This document shows positions 39,562 to 49,116 of a DNA stretch of 64,000 bases, piece by piece (the stretch's first letter is position 1; the number at the start of each line of letters is the position of its first letter). This stretch comes from Rhodothermales bacterium (GTDB taxonomy: Bacteria > Bacteroidota > Rhodothermia > Rhodothermales > Bin80). The position numbers were made by a program, and so were the translations under genes. Location of the stretch: positions 447,160-511,159 of the forward strand of contig OZ242367.1 of assembly GCA_965209015.1 (NCBI GenBank), given 5' to 3'. The notes under the pieces were generated by a model. The model saw only the letters and a list, made by a program, of their open reading frames with translations, was not told the origin of the DNA and did not search any database.

Positions 39562-40002
39562 ATGTCGTTTGTTCAGGAACGTTTCGTTGACAATGGTTTG
39601 GGACATTTTCTCACATCAAACGATTTTTGGGGGTTTGACGGAATGGAGACACTCTGTTCAGAACCAAACTATCGTGTCATAGACGAATTTATCACTAAGA
39701 TAAAAGAGGGAATTAGCTTTTTGGGTGAAATAAAAGTTCTTTCAGATGAAGATCGAAAAGCCATCAAGAGTCTGACTACAAATGTATTTAAGGCTGTTGA
39801 ATGGTTTGAAAAGTATTTGGCATTGATTAAAACTCTTCCCAGACATGTGTCCTGGAAACAAAAGGCATATGATAAACTGGAAAACCTTGTAATCCTTCTT
39901 GAGGACATGGGGGAAATTTGTGCATTATCTGCGAGTGAAGATTTTACTCGGATGATAAAGGCAGAAATAGAGAGTTTGACGGATGAGCCAACTGAGAATT
40001 GA
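39562..40002 (+). CDS. Hypothetical protein (146 aa)
   Basis: ORF overlapping the downstream toxin-like gene by 20 nt. No recognisable domain. Confidence 0.35.
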   Translation: MSFVQERFVDNGLGHFLTSNDFWGFDGMETLCSEPNYRVIDEFITKIKEGISFLGEIKVLSDEDRKAIKSLTTNVFKAVEWFEKYLALIKTLPRHVSWKQKAYDKLENLVILLEDMGEICALSASEDFTRMIKAEIESLTDEPTEN

Positions 40003-40324
40003 GAAGAGTCAAAAGTTCAAACGAGAACTTGATAGGCTGGGTAAGAGGCATTCAGGGTTAGTAGAAAAAGTTGACAACACTCTAAACAGTCTTGCTATTG
40101 GTGAAAGACCCGACGGAAAGCGACTTTTCGGATATAACGAACTTTTGATATTCCAGATTCGATGTGGTACGGGAAATATGGGACGAAGAGGTGGTGCGCG
40201 GATTATCTACTACAAGGATAAATCATGATTGTTAGCTTTATATATTTACCTCAAAAATGCTGAGGGTTACATTTCCAGTCAGAGGATCGTGAAAATCCTC
40301 AGAGACTATCTGCAAACCACATGA
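39983..40324 (+). pseudogene. RelE/ParE-superfamily toxin (GK.GG.R.IYY type) with in-frame TGA
   Basis: 'NMGRRGGARIIYYKDKS' is followed by TGA at 40226-40228. The same frame then continues 'LLALYIYLKNAEGYISSQRIVKILRDYLQTT*' to 40324, which is the expected C-terminal part of this toxin family. Confidence 0.6.
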
Positions 40325-40470
40325 GTTGCAAGTATTCCAGCCGAAGTTAGCCCGTTACATCTCGTCCGAAGGTAAGGGCTTACGGACTCCCACTGAGATG
40401 CTGTCTCCTAACCTAAGTGCGCATTCCGCTGAACTGGGCTGCCTGTTATGTGCCAGATTTTTCGTCATAC

Positions 40471-40630
40471 TTATCGTACTTCGTTGGCCAATTCTCGTTG
40501 CCCCTGAACCTTTCTCATTGACTCTCCGGTCAACGCAATTTTGTGTGTGTTATTGACGATTCGATTCGGGATTGCGTCGGCCAGCGTTGGATCATTCATG
40601 ATCTCGTACTGAGTATTCCAAACAAAAGAG
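40471..40630 (-). pseudogene. IS21-family IstB helper ATPase, C-terminal relic
   Basis: 'NDPTLADAIPNRIVNNTHKIALTGESMRK' matches the conserved IstB C-terminus ('D..LA.AILDR..H....I.L.GES.R'). The Walker motifs and the istA gene are absent. Confidence 0.6.
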
Positions 40631-40743
40631 CCACCGATTACGAGCGATGGGAGCCACTGAATACGAACGATGGGAGCCACTGAATACGAACGATGGGAGC
40701 CACCAAGTACGATTGATGTGAGCCACCCATTCCGTTGGAAACA
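40629..40743. repeat. Tandem repeat, 23 bp x 5 (two central units identical)
   Basis: The units start at 40629, 40652, 40675, 40698 and 40721, with consensus 'gagccactgaatacgaacgatgg'. The outer units are degenerate. Confidence 0.8.
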
Positions 40744-40859
40744 GTGGTTCATCTGTACGGAATACGCATCAAATCTGTTGAAAATCAAAAAATCGGCATT
40801 CTACTGACATGCACAAAATAATTGTAGACTCTTTTTCTGTGGCTATTTTTTAGGATTAA

Positions 40860-41050
40860 ATGAAATTATGTTACTGTGATGAAAGCGGCATTGGGGAGAG
40901 CCGGTCACAGTTATGGTTGGAATTATAGTGGATTCTACTCGTATGCATCAGACAAAAGATGAGTGGTAAAAACCTCTGAAAAGACTCTCCAAAATGGCTG
41001 GAAGAGAGCTTAAAGAGATTCATGGTAGGGACCTCTACTCATTGAGGCGT
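40860..41050 (+). pseudogene. Possible DUF3800-like gene relic (frameshift plus stop)
   Basis: 'MKLCYCDESGIGE' is followed in another frame by 'PVTVMVGIIVDSTRMHQTKDEW', and after a stop by 'LSKMAGRELKEIHGRDLY'. Confidence 0.3.
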
Positions 41051-41182
41051 CGCAGCTCGCTGCTCCGCCTCAATGAAATGTGCTCCGCCATGGTTAAACT
41101 TTGGATTTCTGGAACCGTAAAAAGCTTTGTCGTCGACCGTAATTTGTATTGTCGTTGAAAAGATACGATACGCCTGCGGGGA

Positions 41183-42748
41183 TCAACGTTTTTCTATTTT
41201 CTGAACAAGTTCCTTCAGGATCTCAAGTGACTCATCAATATCATCCAAGTGGGTTCGGAAGGAGCCAACGGCCAGACGTAATATCACAGTTCCATGAATA
41301 CGCGTAGATGTCATAAGGACACGACCATCCTTGAGAATATCCTGTACGAGTGCGAGATTAAATTCGTTCGCATCCCCCCTTTTCGGAACATAACGGTAGG
41401 TGATGATAGATAGATCAGGGTAAGGACCAACCTGAAAACCATCCCAACTATTGAGACGATCATACGCATATCGGGCTAAGTGAATTTTTTCCGACAATGC
41501 CGCACGAAAAGGAGCGACCCCCAACAGTTTGAGGGGTAACCACATTCGCAGTCCACGGAAATGCTTGGATAGCTCGGGGGATAGATACGCAGGAGATAGT
41601 TCATGCGCATCTGACTCCATATCAAGCATATAGGCTCCACGTCCCCCATGTGCTGGTCCAAGGAATTCTTGATCTCGTACAAGAAGAGCACCCGTACCAA
41701 ACGGTAAGAAAAGAGTTTTATGAGGGTCAAGTACAAGCGAGTTTGATTGATTCATTCCAGTGAGCACCTCCCGTCCCTCTGGGCAGAGAGCAAAGAAAGC
41801 CCCATAGGCACCGTCCACATGGAGCCAAAGATCATTTGAATGAGCGACGGAGGCAATCTCCGCTAAGGGATCCACAGTACCCGTATTTGTTGTACCGGCT
41901 GAGGCGACAATCAACCACGGATTCAGACCAGAAGCTCTGTCCGACGCAATCGTTTTCGCGAGGGAATCAGCGGACATTCGGCATTGTCCATCCTCACTGA
42001 CTCTGCGCAGAATTGAACTGCCCATGCCCGCAATTCGTAGGGCCTTGTCTACACAATGGTGCGTGTGCTGAGTCATGTAAACCACCGCACGGTCATAATC
42101 AGCACCCCGCAGGCCATGAGCCTCCCGAGCAGTAATCACCGCAGATAAATTGGCAATGCTTCCACCAGAGGCAAGATATCCCCCCGCTCCTTTGGGGTAT
42201 CCCACGACTTCAGCCATCCAGCGGATAAGCATGTTCTCCATACGGACCGCACCAGGAGCAGAGTGAAATACCCCCGCATATCGTCCCCCGATGGCTGCCA
42301 AAAAATCACCGAATGCAGATTGAACCAACCCACCAGATGGGATGTATCCCAAGTAGCGAGGAGATCCCGAGTTAAGCCCTTCATGATCTACATGGTCAAA
42401 TAACAGCCTCAGAGTATCGTCTACGGAAATACCTGTCTCGGAGAGTGGTGACGATAACAATCCGATACTCTGATCTTTGGATTTAACAAATGCAGGATCT
42501 GTTCGTACATTCGCTAAATGTTGGCGCGCGTACTGTTCGGTTTTGGCAAAGAGTTCATCCAACTGATCCTGATTCGGTTCGAGAGATCTGGCCTGCTGTT
42601 CCAAATCATACAACAGTTCACTACTTACCGCACCTTCAGCGGTATGATGTTGACCGTTTGCTCTTGGGGTAGATACAGAAGTTGAAGGGTTCATCGTGAT
42701 ATGATTTTGGTGTGTTATATTAGACGAAATATACTCTTGGGACCGCAA
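41183..42748 (-). CDS. Pyridoxal-dependent (group II, aromatic amino acid-type) decarboxylase
   Basis: PLP-lysine context 'SLVLDPHKTLFLPFGTGALLV' and 'GGSIANLSAV'. An alternative start lies at 42694. Confidence 0.85.
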   Translation of the reverse strand: MRSQEYISSNITHQNHITMNPSTSVSTPRANGQHHTAEGAVSSELLYDLEQQARSLEPNQDQLDELFAKTEQYARQHLANVRTDPAFVKSKDQSIGLLSSPLSETGISVDDTLRLLFDHVDHEGLNSGSPRYLGYIPSGGLVQSAFGDFLAAIGGRYAGVFHSAPGAVRMENMLIRWMAEVVGYPKGAGGYLASGGSIANLSAVITAREAHGLRGADYDRAVVYMTQHTHHCVDKALRIAGMGSSILRRVSEDGQCRMSADSLAKTIASDRASGLNPWLIVASAGTTNTGTVDPLAEIASVAHSNDLWLHVDGAYGAFFALCPEGREVLTGMNQSNSLVLDPHKTLFLPFGTGALLVRDQEFLGPAHGGRGAYMLDMESDAHELSPAYLSPELSKHFRGLRMWLPLKLLGVAPFRAALSEKIHLARYAYDRLNSWDGFQVGPYPDLSIITYRYVPKRGDANEFNLALVQDILKDGRVLMTSTRIHGTVILRLAVGSFRTHLDDIDESLEILKELVQKIEKR

Positions 42749-42866
42749 AGCATCAACACATTTGGAGACAAAATAACTCGTTCATCCTTCTATGAGATGA
42801 TGCCTGTCTCCCCACCATAAACCTACTACGTAAATAAGTCTAAAAGGCTTCACTTGGAAAGGAAAA

Positions 42867-43541
42867 ATGATCAACCGAAGAGATTCGTGCAACAAGATCA
42901 TTGAATCTGGTGTGATTGCTGTATTCCGATTCAAGGAAGTATTTCCCATGATTCCAGTTGCAGATGCGCTGATCCGTGGGGGGATAATGGTTCTGGAAAT
43001 TACACTGACCACCCCAGAGGCATTATCTTCGATTGAAGCACTGAAGCGACACTATGGATCAAAGATCCTCATTGGAGCAGGATCCTTGATCTCGAGAGAT
43101 CAAGTTGAAAAGGTTGCATCGGCTGGTGCAGATTTTATCGTCAGTCCGATCACTAGGAATGAACTGATAGATGCGGGGCATGCTTATGATTTACCAATCT
43201 TACTTGGTGCATTTACACCAACCGAAGCACAGACCGCTCATGAATATGGAGCGGACATGGTTAAAATCTTTCCGGCAGGACAAACAGGCCCCAGTTATTT
43301 GAGAGGACTCTTGGCACCAATGCCACATCTCAAACTCGTCCCAACTGGTGGAGTAACCCCAGAAAATGCAGGAGAATGGATTCATGCCGGTGCGGTAGCA
43401 GTCGGAATTGGTACAGCGCTGATTGATACGGAAGCAATTCGACGGGGAACTTTCTCCGTACTTACGGAACGTGCCCGCACGCTCTGTTCCTGTATCGCAA
43501 AGGCAAAAAATTCAGAGATCCATCACGGTTCTGAGTACTGA
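42867..43541 (+). CDS. eda: KDPG / KHG aldolase
   Basis: 'GVIAVFR', 'MVLEITLTTPEA', 'IGAGSLIS', 'GADFIVSP' and 'GAFTPTEAQTAHEYGADMVKIFPA'. Confidence 0.85.
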   Translation: MINRRDSCNKIIESGVIAVFRFKEVFPMIPVADALIRGGIMVLEITLTTPEALSSIEALKRHYGSKILIGAGSLISRDQVEKVASAGADFIVSPITRNELIDAGHAYDLPILLGAFTPTEAQTAHEYGADMVKIFPAGQTGPSYLRGLLAPMPHLKLVPTGGVTPENAGEWIHAGAVAVGIGTALIDTEAIRRGTFSVLTERARTLCSCIAKAKNSEIHHGSEY

Positions 43542-43914
43542 AATTAGCCAAGTGAACCGAGTACCAAAATCAATTTCTCAGAGACCCGAATTATTCGCTG
43601 GCTTGTCGGGGCAATATTCGCCGCTTCTGGGGTGGTTTTTGCAATGTTGTGATTGATTCCATAGGCTAAGCTTACTCTCTCGTTATCCAGCTGCCCCATC
43701 AGTAGGATTTGCCTTTAGGTGGTTCCGTATTTCGGCAAACATTGGACTACTCATCCGCAGATCAATGGGGTGGACAAACATTTCATCTGGTTGGTGATCT
43801 GTTCAGTGAGTTTCATAAAATACGGTAGACTCACTTCCCAGACCGAAGAGTGAGGTCAACTCGGTATGAGTGTTGTTTCGGGGTGCGAATTTTTACTATC
43901 CACAGATGGCCAGA

Positions 43915-44805
43915 TCAGTGGTATGATACCATTGTGAGCGCCATTGCTCCGAGTACGCCAGATTGACTCCCTAAAGCAGGAGGGACGATATAGCGGTCAA
44001 TTCCATGAATTACTTCTTCAACCTGAATGTACTCGTTCAGGTGTGACTGCACAGATGAACGTATGGCCGGGAATAAATGCTCTTGTTGCATGACTCCTCC
44101 GCCCATAATGATTCGCTCTGGAGAGAAAGTTAAAATCAAATTCGATACAGCAAGTGAGAGGTAGTGTACCACATAGGACCACCCTCTATGGTCTGGAGGT
44201 AGCTCCTCGGCAGGCATTCCCCAACGCGCCTTGATTGCCGGTCCGGTCGCCATCCCTTCAAGACATGCACCATGGAAGGGGCAGATTCCTGCAAAATCAT
44301 CTCCCTCCGCTCTGGGCAACAGCAGATGCCCCATCTCTGGGTGCAAGAGTCCATGGACGGGTTGACCATTCACCAGGGCTCCACCTCCAAATCCTGTTCC
44401 AATCGTGAGATACAGAACATTTTTGGCTCCCTGCCCGGCTCCCCATAAATATTCTCCCACCACCGCGCCATTGACATCCGTATCAAACGCTACCGGAACT
44501 TTAAATTCTCGACGAACCATGCCAGCCATATCTGTATTTGACCAGCCAGATTTCGGAGTACTCGTTATAAACCCGTAGGTATCCGAGTTTGGCCTGATAT
44601 CTGCGGGACCGAAGGTTGCAATTCCAATGGCATCTGGCAGTTGGGGTTGAGAATGAAAGAACTCTACTACCCGTTCCAATGTCTCGTCGGGAGTAGTTGT
44701 AGGGAATCGTCCTACGGCACGAATATCATCTGGTGGGCGTCCGATTGCACATACAAACTTGGTGCCCCCAGCCTCAATGCCTCCAAGAAGTAAATCAGAT
44801 CTCAC
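43915..44805 (-). CDS. ROK-family sugar kinase (fructokinase-like)
   Basis: 'GGIEAGGTKFVCAI', 'LTIGTGFGGGALVNG' and the zinc motif 'HLLLP...CPFHGACLEG'. Confidence 0.8.
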   Translation of the reverse strand: MRSDLLLGGIEAGGTKFVCAIGRPPDDIRAVGRFPTTTPDETLERVVEFFHSQPQLPDAIGIATFGPADIRPNSDTYGFITSTPKSGWSNTDMAGMVRREFKVPVAFDTDVNGAVVGEYLWGAGQGAKNVLYLTIGTGFGGGALVNGQPVHGLLHPEMGHLLLPRAEGDDFAGICPFHGACLEGMATGPAIKARWGMPAEELPPDHRGWSYVVHYLSLAVSNLILTFSPERIIMGGGVMQQEHLFPAIRSSVQSHLNEYIQVEEVIHGIDRYIVPPALGSQSGVLGAMALTMVSYH

Positions 44806-44808
44806 GTT

Positions 44809-46662
44809 CTATTCAGGGACCTGTGTGGTTTCCACAAGGATACGCGTCATTCGTGCTACGAATGCTGAGGGCTCTGAAAGGTTGCCATCCAGCAAAAGTG
44901 CGCCCTCATAGATCTGTTCAATCGTTTGTTCAATCAAGGAATCCTGATTTTCTAGGGAAGATTTGAGTGCGAGGAGATTTTTCATCAGAGGATGGTCCGC
45001 ATTGATCTCCAAAACTTTCTTGGCACCCTCATAGTCGGGGTTCATTGACTTCATCACACGCTCCAGCTGCGGGTCCATTCCATCTTTAGCAGATACCAAT
45101 GTCGCTGCAGACTCAACGAGGCGTTTAGATGCGGTTACATCCTGAATCCGCTCTCCTAATTGGATGCGGAAGAGCGAAAGAAGCGAATCCACCTCATCGC
45201 CTGGAAGCGATTCAGGATCTGGATCATCCCCCAAGTCAAGCTCAGCCCCCGTCACACTGGTAAAGGATTTCTCTTTGAACTTAGATACATTTGGGAGTGT
45301 CAGCGCATCAATAGGATCTGGTAGAAGCAGGACCTCAATTCCCTTTCGGGTAAACACCTCGAGATGAGCACTCTTGCGGGCTGAATCAAGAGAATCCGAT
45401 AAGAGATAGTAAATGGTTTCCTGATCATCTGACATGCGCTCCACATAGTCAGTTAGCGAGGTCAAGTTTTGGCTTACCGTCGAAGGATACCGCATCAATT
45501 CAAGGAGTTCATCCTGACGGGGTAGATCACTCCAAAGTCCTGTCTTAAGCATGGCCCCAAAATTGGAAAAGAACTTCTCGTACCGGTCTACGTCCTCTGA
45601 AGCCCACTCCTTCAACAGACCTAACAGTTTACTCGTCAGGGTAGACCGAATTTTTCGTGTCACGGGACTATTTTGAGTCACCTCGCGGGAGACATTCAAT
45701 GGAAGGTCGTCCGTATCTACTACTCCCCGAACGAAGTGAAGATATTCGGGGAGTAATTCCTCTGCATCGTCCCGAACAAACACCCCCGAACAGTATAAGT
45801 GAAGATCACTGCGACGATCCTCTCGAAAAAAGGATGTTGGGGCTTGTGAGGGGATAAAGAGTAATGCTTGAAAGGACAGAACTCCCTCAATCTGCAGGTG
45901 CAGATGTCCAAATGGATCCGTATAGTCACCCGTCACAAACTTATAAAATTCATTCCGTTCATCTTCCGAAATATCTTCCTTGCGCTTCTTCCAGAGCGCT
46001 TTCAGCGTATTAACCTGATCAGAGCCGAGAAAGATGGGAAAGTCTACAAAATTTGAATATTTCCGAATGATTGAACGGATACGAACCTCATCCGCAAACT
46101 CGGTTACTGTTTCCTTCAAGTGCAATGTAATCTCGGTTCCAGGCTTTTTTCGTGAGCCAGGACTGATCGTATAGGTTCCAGTGCCGTCACTAGTCCAGTT
46201 GAGTGCTTCGGCGCCTTTATCCACATGGAGAGTTTCAAGCGTAATTTGATCTGCGACCATGAATGCAGAATAAAAGCCAACACCGAACTGTCCAATCAAT
46301 CCAGCATCCAATGGCTTACCGGATGCTTCCTGCTCTTTTATAAAGGCAAGGGTACCACTGCTTGCAATCGTACCTAGTCGATCCGTAAGATCCTCACGTG
46401 TCATCCCAATCCCCGTATCCTCAATGGACAGTGTCTTCGCGTCTTTGTCCAGCGTAATCGTGATCTGTAGATCTTGATCATTACTTCCAGAGTGATCCGT
46501 AAGATTTTGAAACCGTGCCTTATTCAGAGCATCCGAAGCATTGGAAATCAATTCCCGAAGGAATATTTCTTGATTGGTGTACAGCGAATTAATGATGAGA
46601 TGCAGCAACTGCTGCATCTCAGCTTTGTACTCAAATTGCTGCGCCGATGTGTTCTCCGCCAT
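44809..46662 (-). CDS. htpG: Molecular chaperone HtpG (Hsp90)
   Basis: 'FEYKAEMQQLLHLIINSLYTNQEIFLRELISNASDAL' and 'IGQFGVGFYSAFMVAD'. Confidence 0.95.
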   Translation of the reverse strand: MAENTSAQQFEYKAEMQQLLHLIINSLYTNQEIFLRELISNASDALNKARFQNLTDHSGSNDQDLQITITLDKDAKTLSIEDTGIGMTREDLTDRLGTIASSGTLAFIKEQEASGKPLDAGLIGQFGVGFYSAFMVADQITLETLHVDKGAEALNWTSDGTGTYTISPGSRKKPGTEITLHLKETVTEFADEVRIRSIIRKYSNFVDFPIFLGSDQVNTLKALWKKRKEDISEDERNEFYKFVTGDYTDPFGHLHLQIEGVLSFQALLFIPSQAPTSFFREDRRSDLHLYCSGVFVRDDAEELLPEYLHFVRGVVDTDDLPLNVSREVTQNSPVTRKIRSTLTSKLLGLLKEWASEDVDRYEKFFSNFGAMLKTGLWSDLPRQDELLELMRYPSTVSQNLTSLTDYVERMSDDQETIYYLLSDSLDSARKSAHLEVFTRKGIEVLLLPDPIDALTLPNVSKFKEKSFTSVTGAELDLGDDPDPESLPGDEVDSLLSLFRIQLGERIQDVTASKRLVESAATLVSAKDGMDPQLERVMKSMNPDYEGAKKVLEINADHPLMKNLLALKSSLENQDSLIEQTIEQIYEGALLLDGNLSEPSAFVARMTRILVETTQVPE

Positions 46663-46674
46663 GAAACAAAATGG

Positions 46675-47574
46675 TTACTCTCTGTTTGCTAAAAGTGATT
46701 CTCGGTCTGGAAAAAGTTGATCCAATCGACTCTCAAATACTCGGTAGGTGAATTGCCCCCCTCCTGATACGAGGGCAAGTGCAGATTCAGCAGGCATTGC
46801 TTGTATGGATTGCGTCGTGTTCATATTGGTTGAAAGATCAACGCGGTAGCTGACATCATCTGCCAAGACTTGTACAGGAATGTCGTCAAAGAAACCGTCA
46901 GCATTCAGGGGTGCAAAACGACGGAGCCAATTCGTAATTTGCAAGCTGTCTCCCGGTTGACCATCTACCATCCAAGCACCGCCTTCAAGCGAGACTTCAT
47001 ACGAAGAGTTCTGGCGAATCACTCGTGCAGAGGTCACGCTGCTGCCACGGGTATTGAGAATCGTCCGGTCTCGCCAACGATCTGGGTCCTGAGTGATGGT
47101 TATCCGACCGTTCGTAGAATAAATATTGGGGTCCTCTCCAATACGGACGAATATGGACTGAAAATCTCGTCCCTGTCGGGAAATCACCATCTCCTCTGAG
47201 CCATTGGGCCAAGAAAGTGTGACAGCAGTTGCAGTAGAGTCAATACCGTAGACATCATAGCGGTCTGGATTGCTGGTGACACGATTATTCAGGGATAGAT
47301 CCTCCAGTTCATCTAAGACACGAGCAATCGTGGCGGAGTCCGCAAGCATATCCACTGGCTCGCGCATGAACCAGCGAGAATCTAGCTTTTCTAATTGAAA
47401 CTCTGTATCAGGAAGGGTAACGGAAATCATGGAAATCTCATCCATAGGAAGATTCAATTCAGGCACCGAAATACTACTGGGATTTCGATCAAAAACTCCA
47501 GAAAGCCAAGCAATGCCCAAGAGTACAACCAGAGTGAGAGCAAGCCCAAGAGTCTGCTTTTGTCGCATTAGCAT
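46675..47574 (-). CDS. DUF4340-like protein (GldG-cluster accessory)
   Basis: N-terminal TM anchor. Sits directly downstream of the GldG-like gene, where DUF4340 proteins normally sit. Confidence 0.5.
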   Translation of the reverse strand: MLMRQKQTLGLALTLVVLLGIAWLSGVFDRNPSSISVPELNLPMDEISMISVTLPDTEFQLEKLDSRWFMREPVDMLADSATIARVLDELEDLSLNNRVTSNPDRYDVYGIDSTATAVTLSWPNGSEEMVISRQGRDFQSIFVRIGEDPNIYSTNGRITITQDPDRWRDRTILNTRGSSVTSARVIRQNSSYEVSLEGGAWMVDGQPGDSLQITNWLRRFAPLNADGFFDDIPVQVLADDVSYRVDLSTNMNTTQSIQAMPAESALALVSGGGQFTYRVFESRLDQLFPDRESLLANRE

Positions 47575-47580
47575 AGAGAA

Positions 47581-49095
47581 TTAAAGAACCACAATTTGCC
47601 TCGCCCGCCGTTTCCGCCAGCGTACGAGTCCAAAAAGAACCACAATCAGAAGCGGTCCTAACATATTGGCGTATTTAATCACAGGGCGTATACCTTCGGA
47701 TACATCCTGTAGAGTACGTGGCTCAATTGATTTTGAGCGAATACTCAAAAGCGCCTCATCCTGAGCAAGCCAATCTACCAGATTTAATCCAAACTGAGCA
47801 TTACCTCCCCTGGAAGGAATGATAGACTCATTAATGAAGTCCCCATCCCCCACGACGACCAGGCGCGTTGGGATACCCGTACGTTCAGGTGAGTAGGCAC
47901 TGGGAAAAGACCCGGTAAAGGCAGCCCCCAATAGATAAGGTCCCCCAGAGAGAGTTGCCGAATTCTGATTGGGCTGCAACATGAAAAAGCCCTGCTGCAA
48001 ACCGCTCTGCGAAGACGAATAAATGAGAGGCTCACGGGTCACTCCGGTCGGTAGCGTAGCGCTGGTATCCACAGAACTCACAAAGTAAAACATAAGATCT
48101 TGGAGACGATTCACCATCGGATTCTCCGAGTTGAATCGCGAAGCGATCGGGAAGAGTGGATACTGGATCTGTTGAGAAATATTAAAAAATCCCTGACGTT
48201 GCTGCACCGTAACGACCGAACTCTGTTCATCCATGATCAAATTGGGGGAGAGCACGATTCCATAGTTTGCCAAAAGGGGTTCAATGCCCGTGATCAATTC
48301 AGCCGCCTGACCGGCTTGTAGATTCGCAGCTATGCGGTTGAGCAAAAATCCGACCCGTCCCCCTTCCATAATATAGTTATCCAGTGCCTGGAGATGGGAG
48401 TCTGGAATGGTGTCGGTTGGTGCAATGATGAGCAGAACATCAGGACGGTCAGGTCCCTCAAGGTCTATATACGTTACGGGCTGAACATCATAATTCGTGG
48501 ATAGGCCCTGCTGCAGAGTTTGCATATTCTGCATTGGATCAGGTTCTCCATGTTCTGTCCAGAATCCTGCAACAGGTTTTTCCAGTCTGGTGAGTCGACG
48601 GATTGCACTGGTGAGATCATACTCAAGTCGTGATAGATCTTGAATTACGGGGATCGTCTCCCGGTTATTCTCGTACTCTACAGCTACTCCCATATAGGCA
48701 TTCTTGAGCTGTACGTTGTCGCTTTCAATCACTTGAATCTGTACCGGAGGGATACCCAATTGACCAGCGTCCGCACGGAGATCCTCATCCTCTCCTGGAT
48801 CAATAAATTGATACTCCACATTCTGTCCCCCATAAGCACGGTAGTCATCAAGCTTGTCTTTCAAAAATCGCCGGTTGGATGCAAATTGTGCAGGAAGATC
48901 TGCAGTAAAAAATGCCGTGATCGTCACCGGGTCTTCCAGTCCCTCAACAAGCTCCTTAGATGCAGGGGAGAGTGAATACACACGATCGTCGGTCAGATCA
49001 AGACGTCCAAAAATGTTTAGACCGATCAGGTTGATCACCACCAGAATTGCGGCAGTGAGGAGTAAAGTGGTTTGAGCAGAAAAATCTCGTTTCAT
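47581..49095 (-). CDS. GldG-like ABC-transporter auxiliary protein
   Basis: N- and C-terminal TM anchors flank a large periplasmic domain. Adjacent to the ABC-2 permease and ATPase. Confidence 0.7.
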   Translation of the reverse strand: MKRDFSAQTTLLLTAAILVVINLIGLNIFGRLDLTDDRVYSLSPASKELVEGLEDPVTITAFFTADLPAQFASNRRFLKDKLDDYRAYGGQNVEYQFIDPGEDEDLRADAGQLGIPPVQIQVIESDNVQLKNAYMGVAVEYENNRETIPVIQDLSRLEYDLTSAIRRLTRLEKPVAGFWTEHGEPDPMQNMQTLQQGLSTNYDVQPVTYIDLEGPDRPDVLLIIAPTDTIPDSHLQALDNYIMEGGRVGFLLNRIAANLQAGQAAELITGIEPLLANYGIVLSPNLIMDEQSSVVTVQQRQGFFNISQQIQYPLFPIASRFNSENPMVNRLQDLMFYFVSSVDTSATLPTGVTREPLIYSSSQSGLQQGFFMLQPNQNSATLSGGPYLLGAAFTGSFPSAYSPERTGIPTRLVVVGDGDFINESIIPSRGGNAQFGLNLVDWLAQDEALLSIRSKSIEPRTLQDVSEGIRPVIKYANMLGPLLIVVLFGLVRWRKRRARQIVVL

Positions 49096-49116
49096 GGCTG
49101 GATACAGTCACAAAGT

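Noticed and set aside
40629-40743. Considered as a possible CRISPR array.
   Set aside because: The units are contiguous with no spacers, only 23 bp long, and there are no cas genes in the window.
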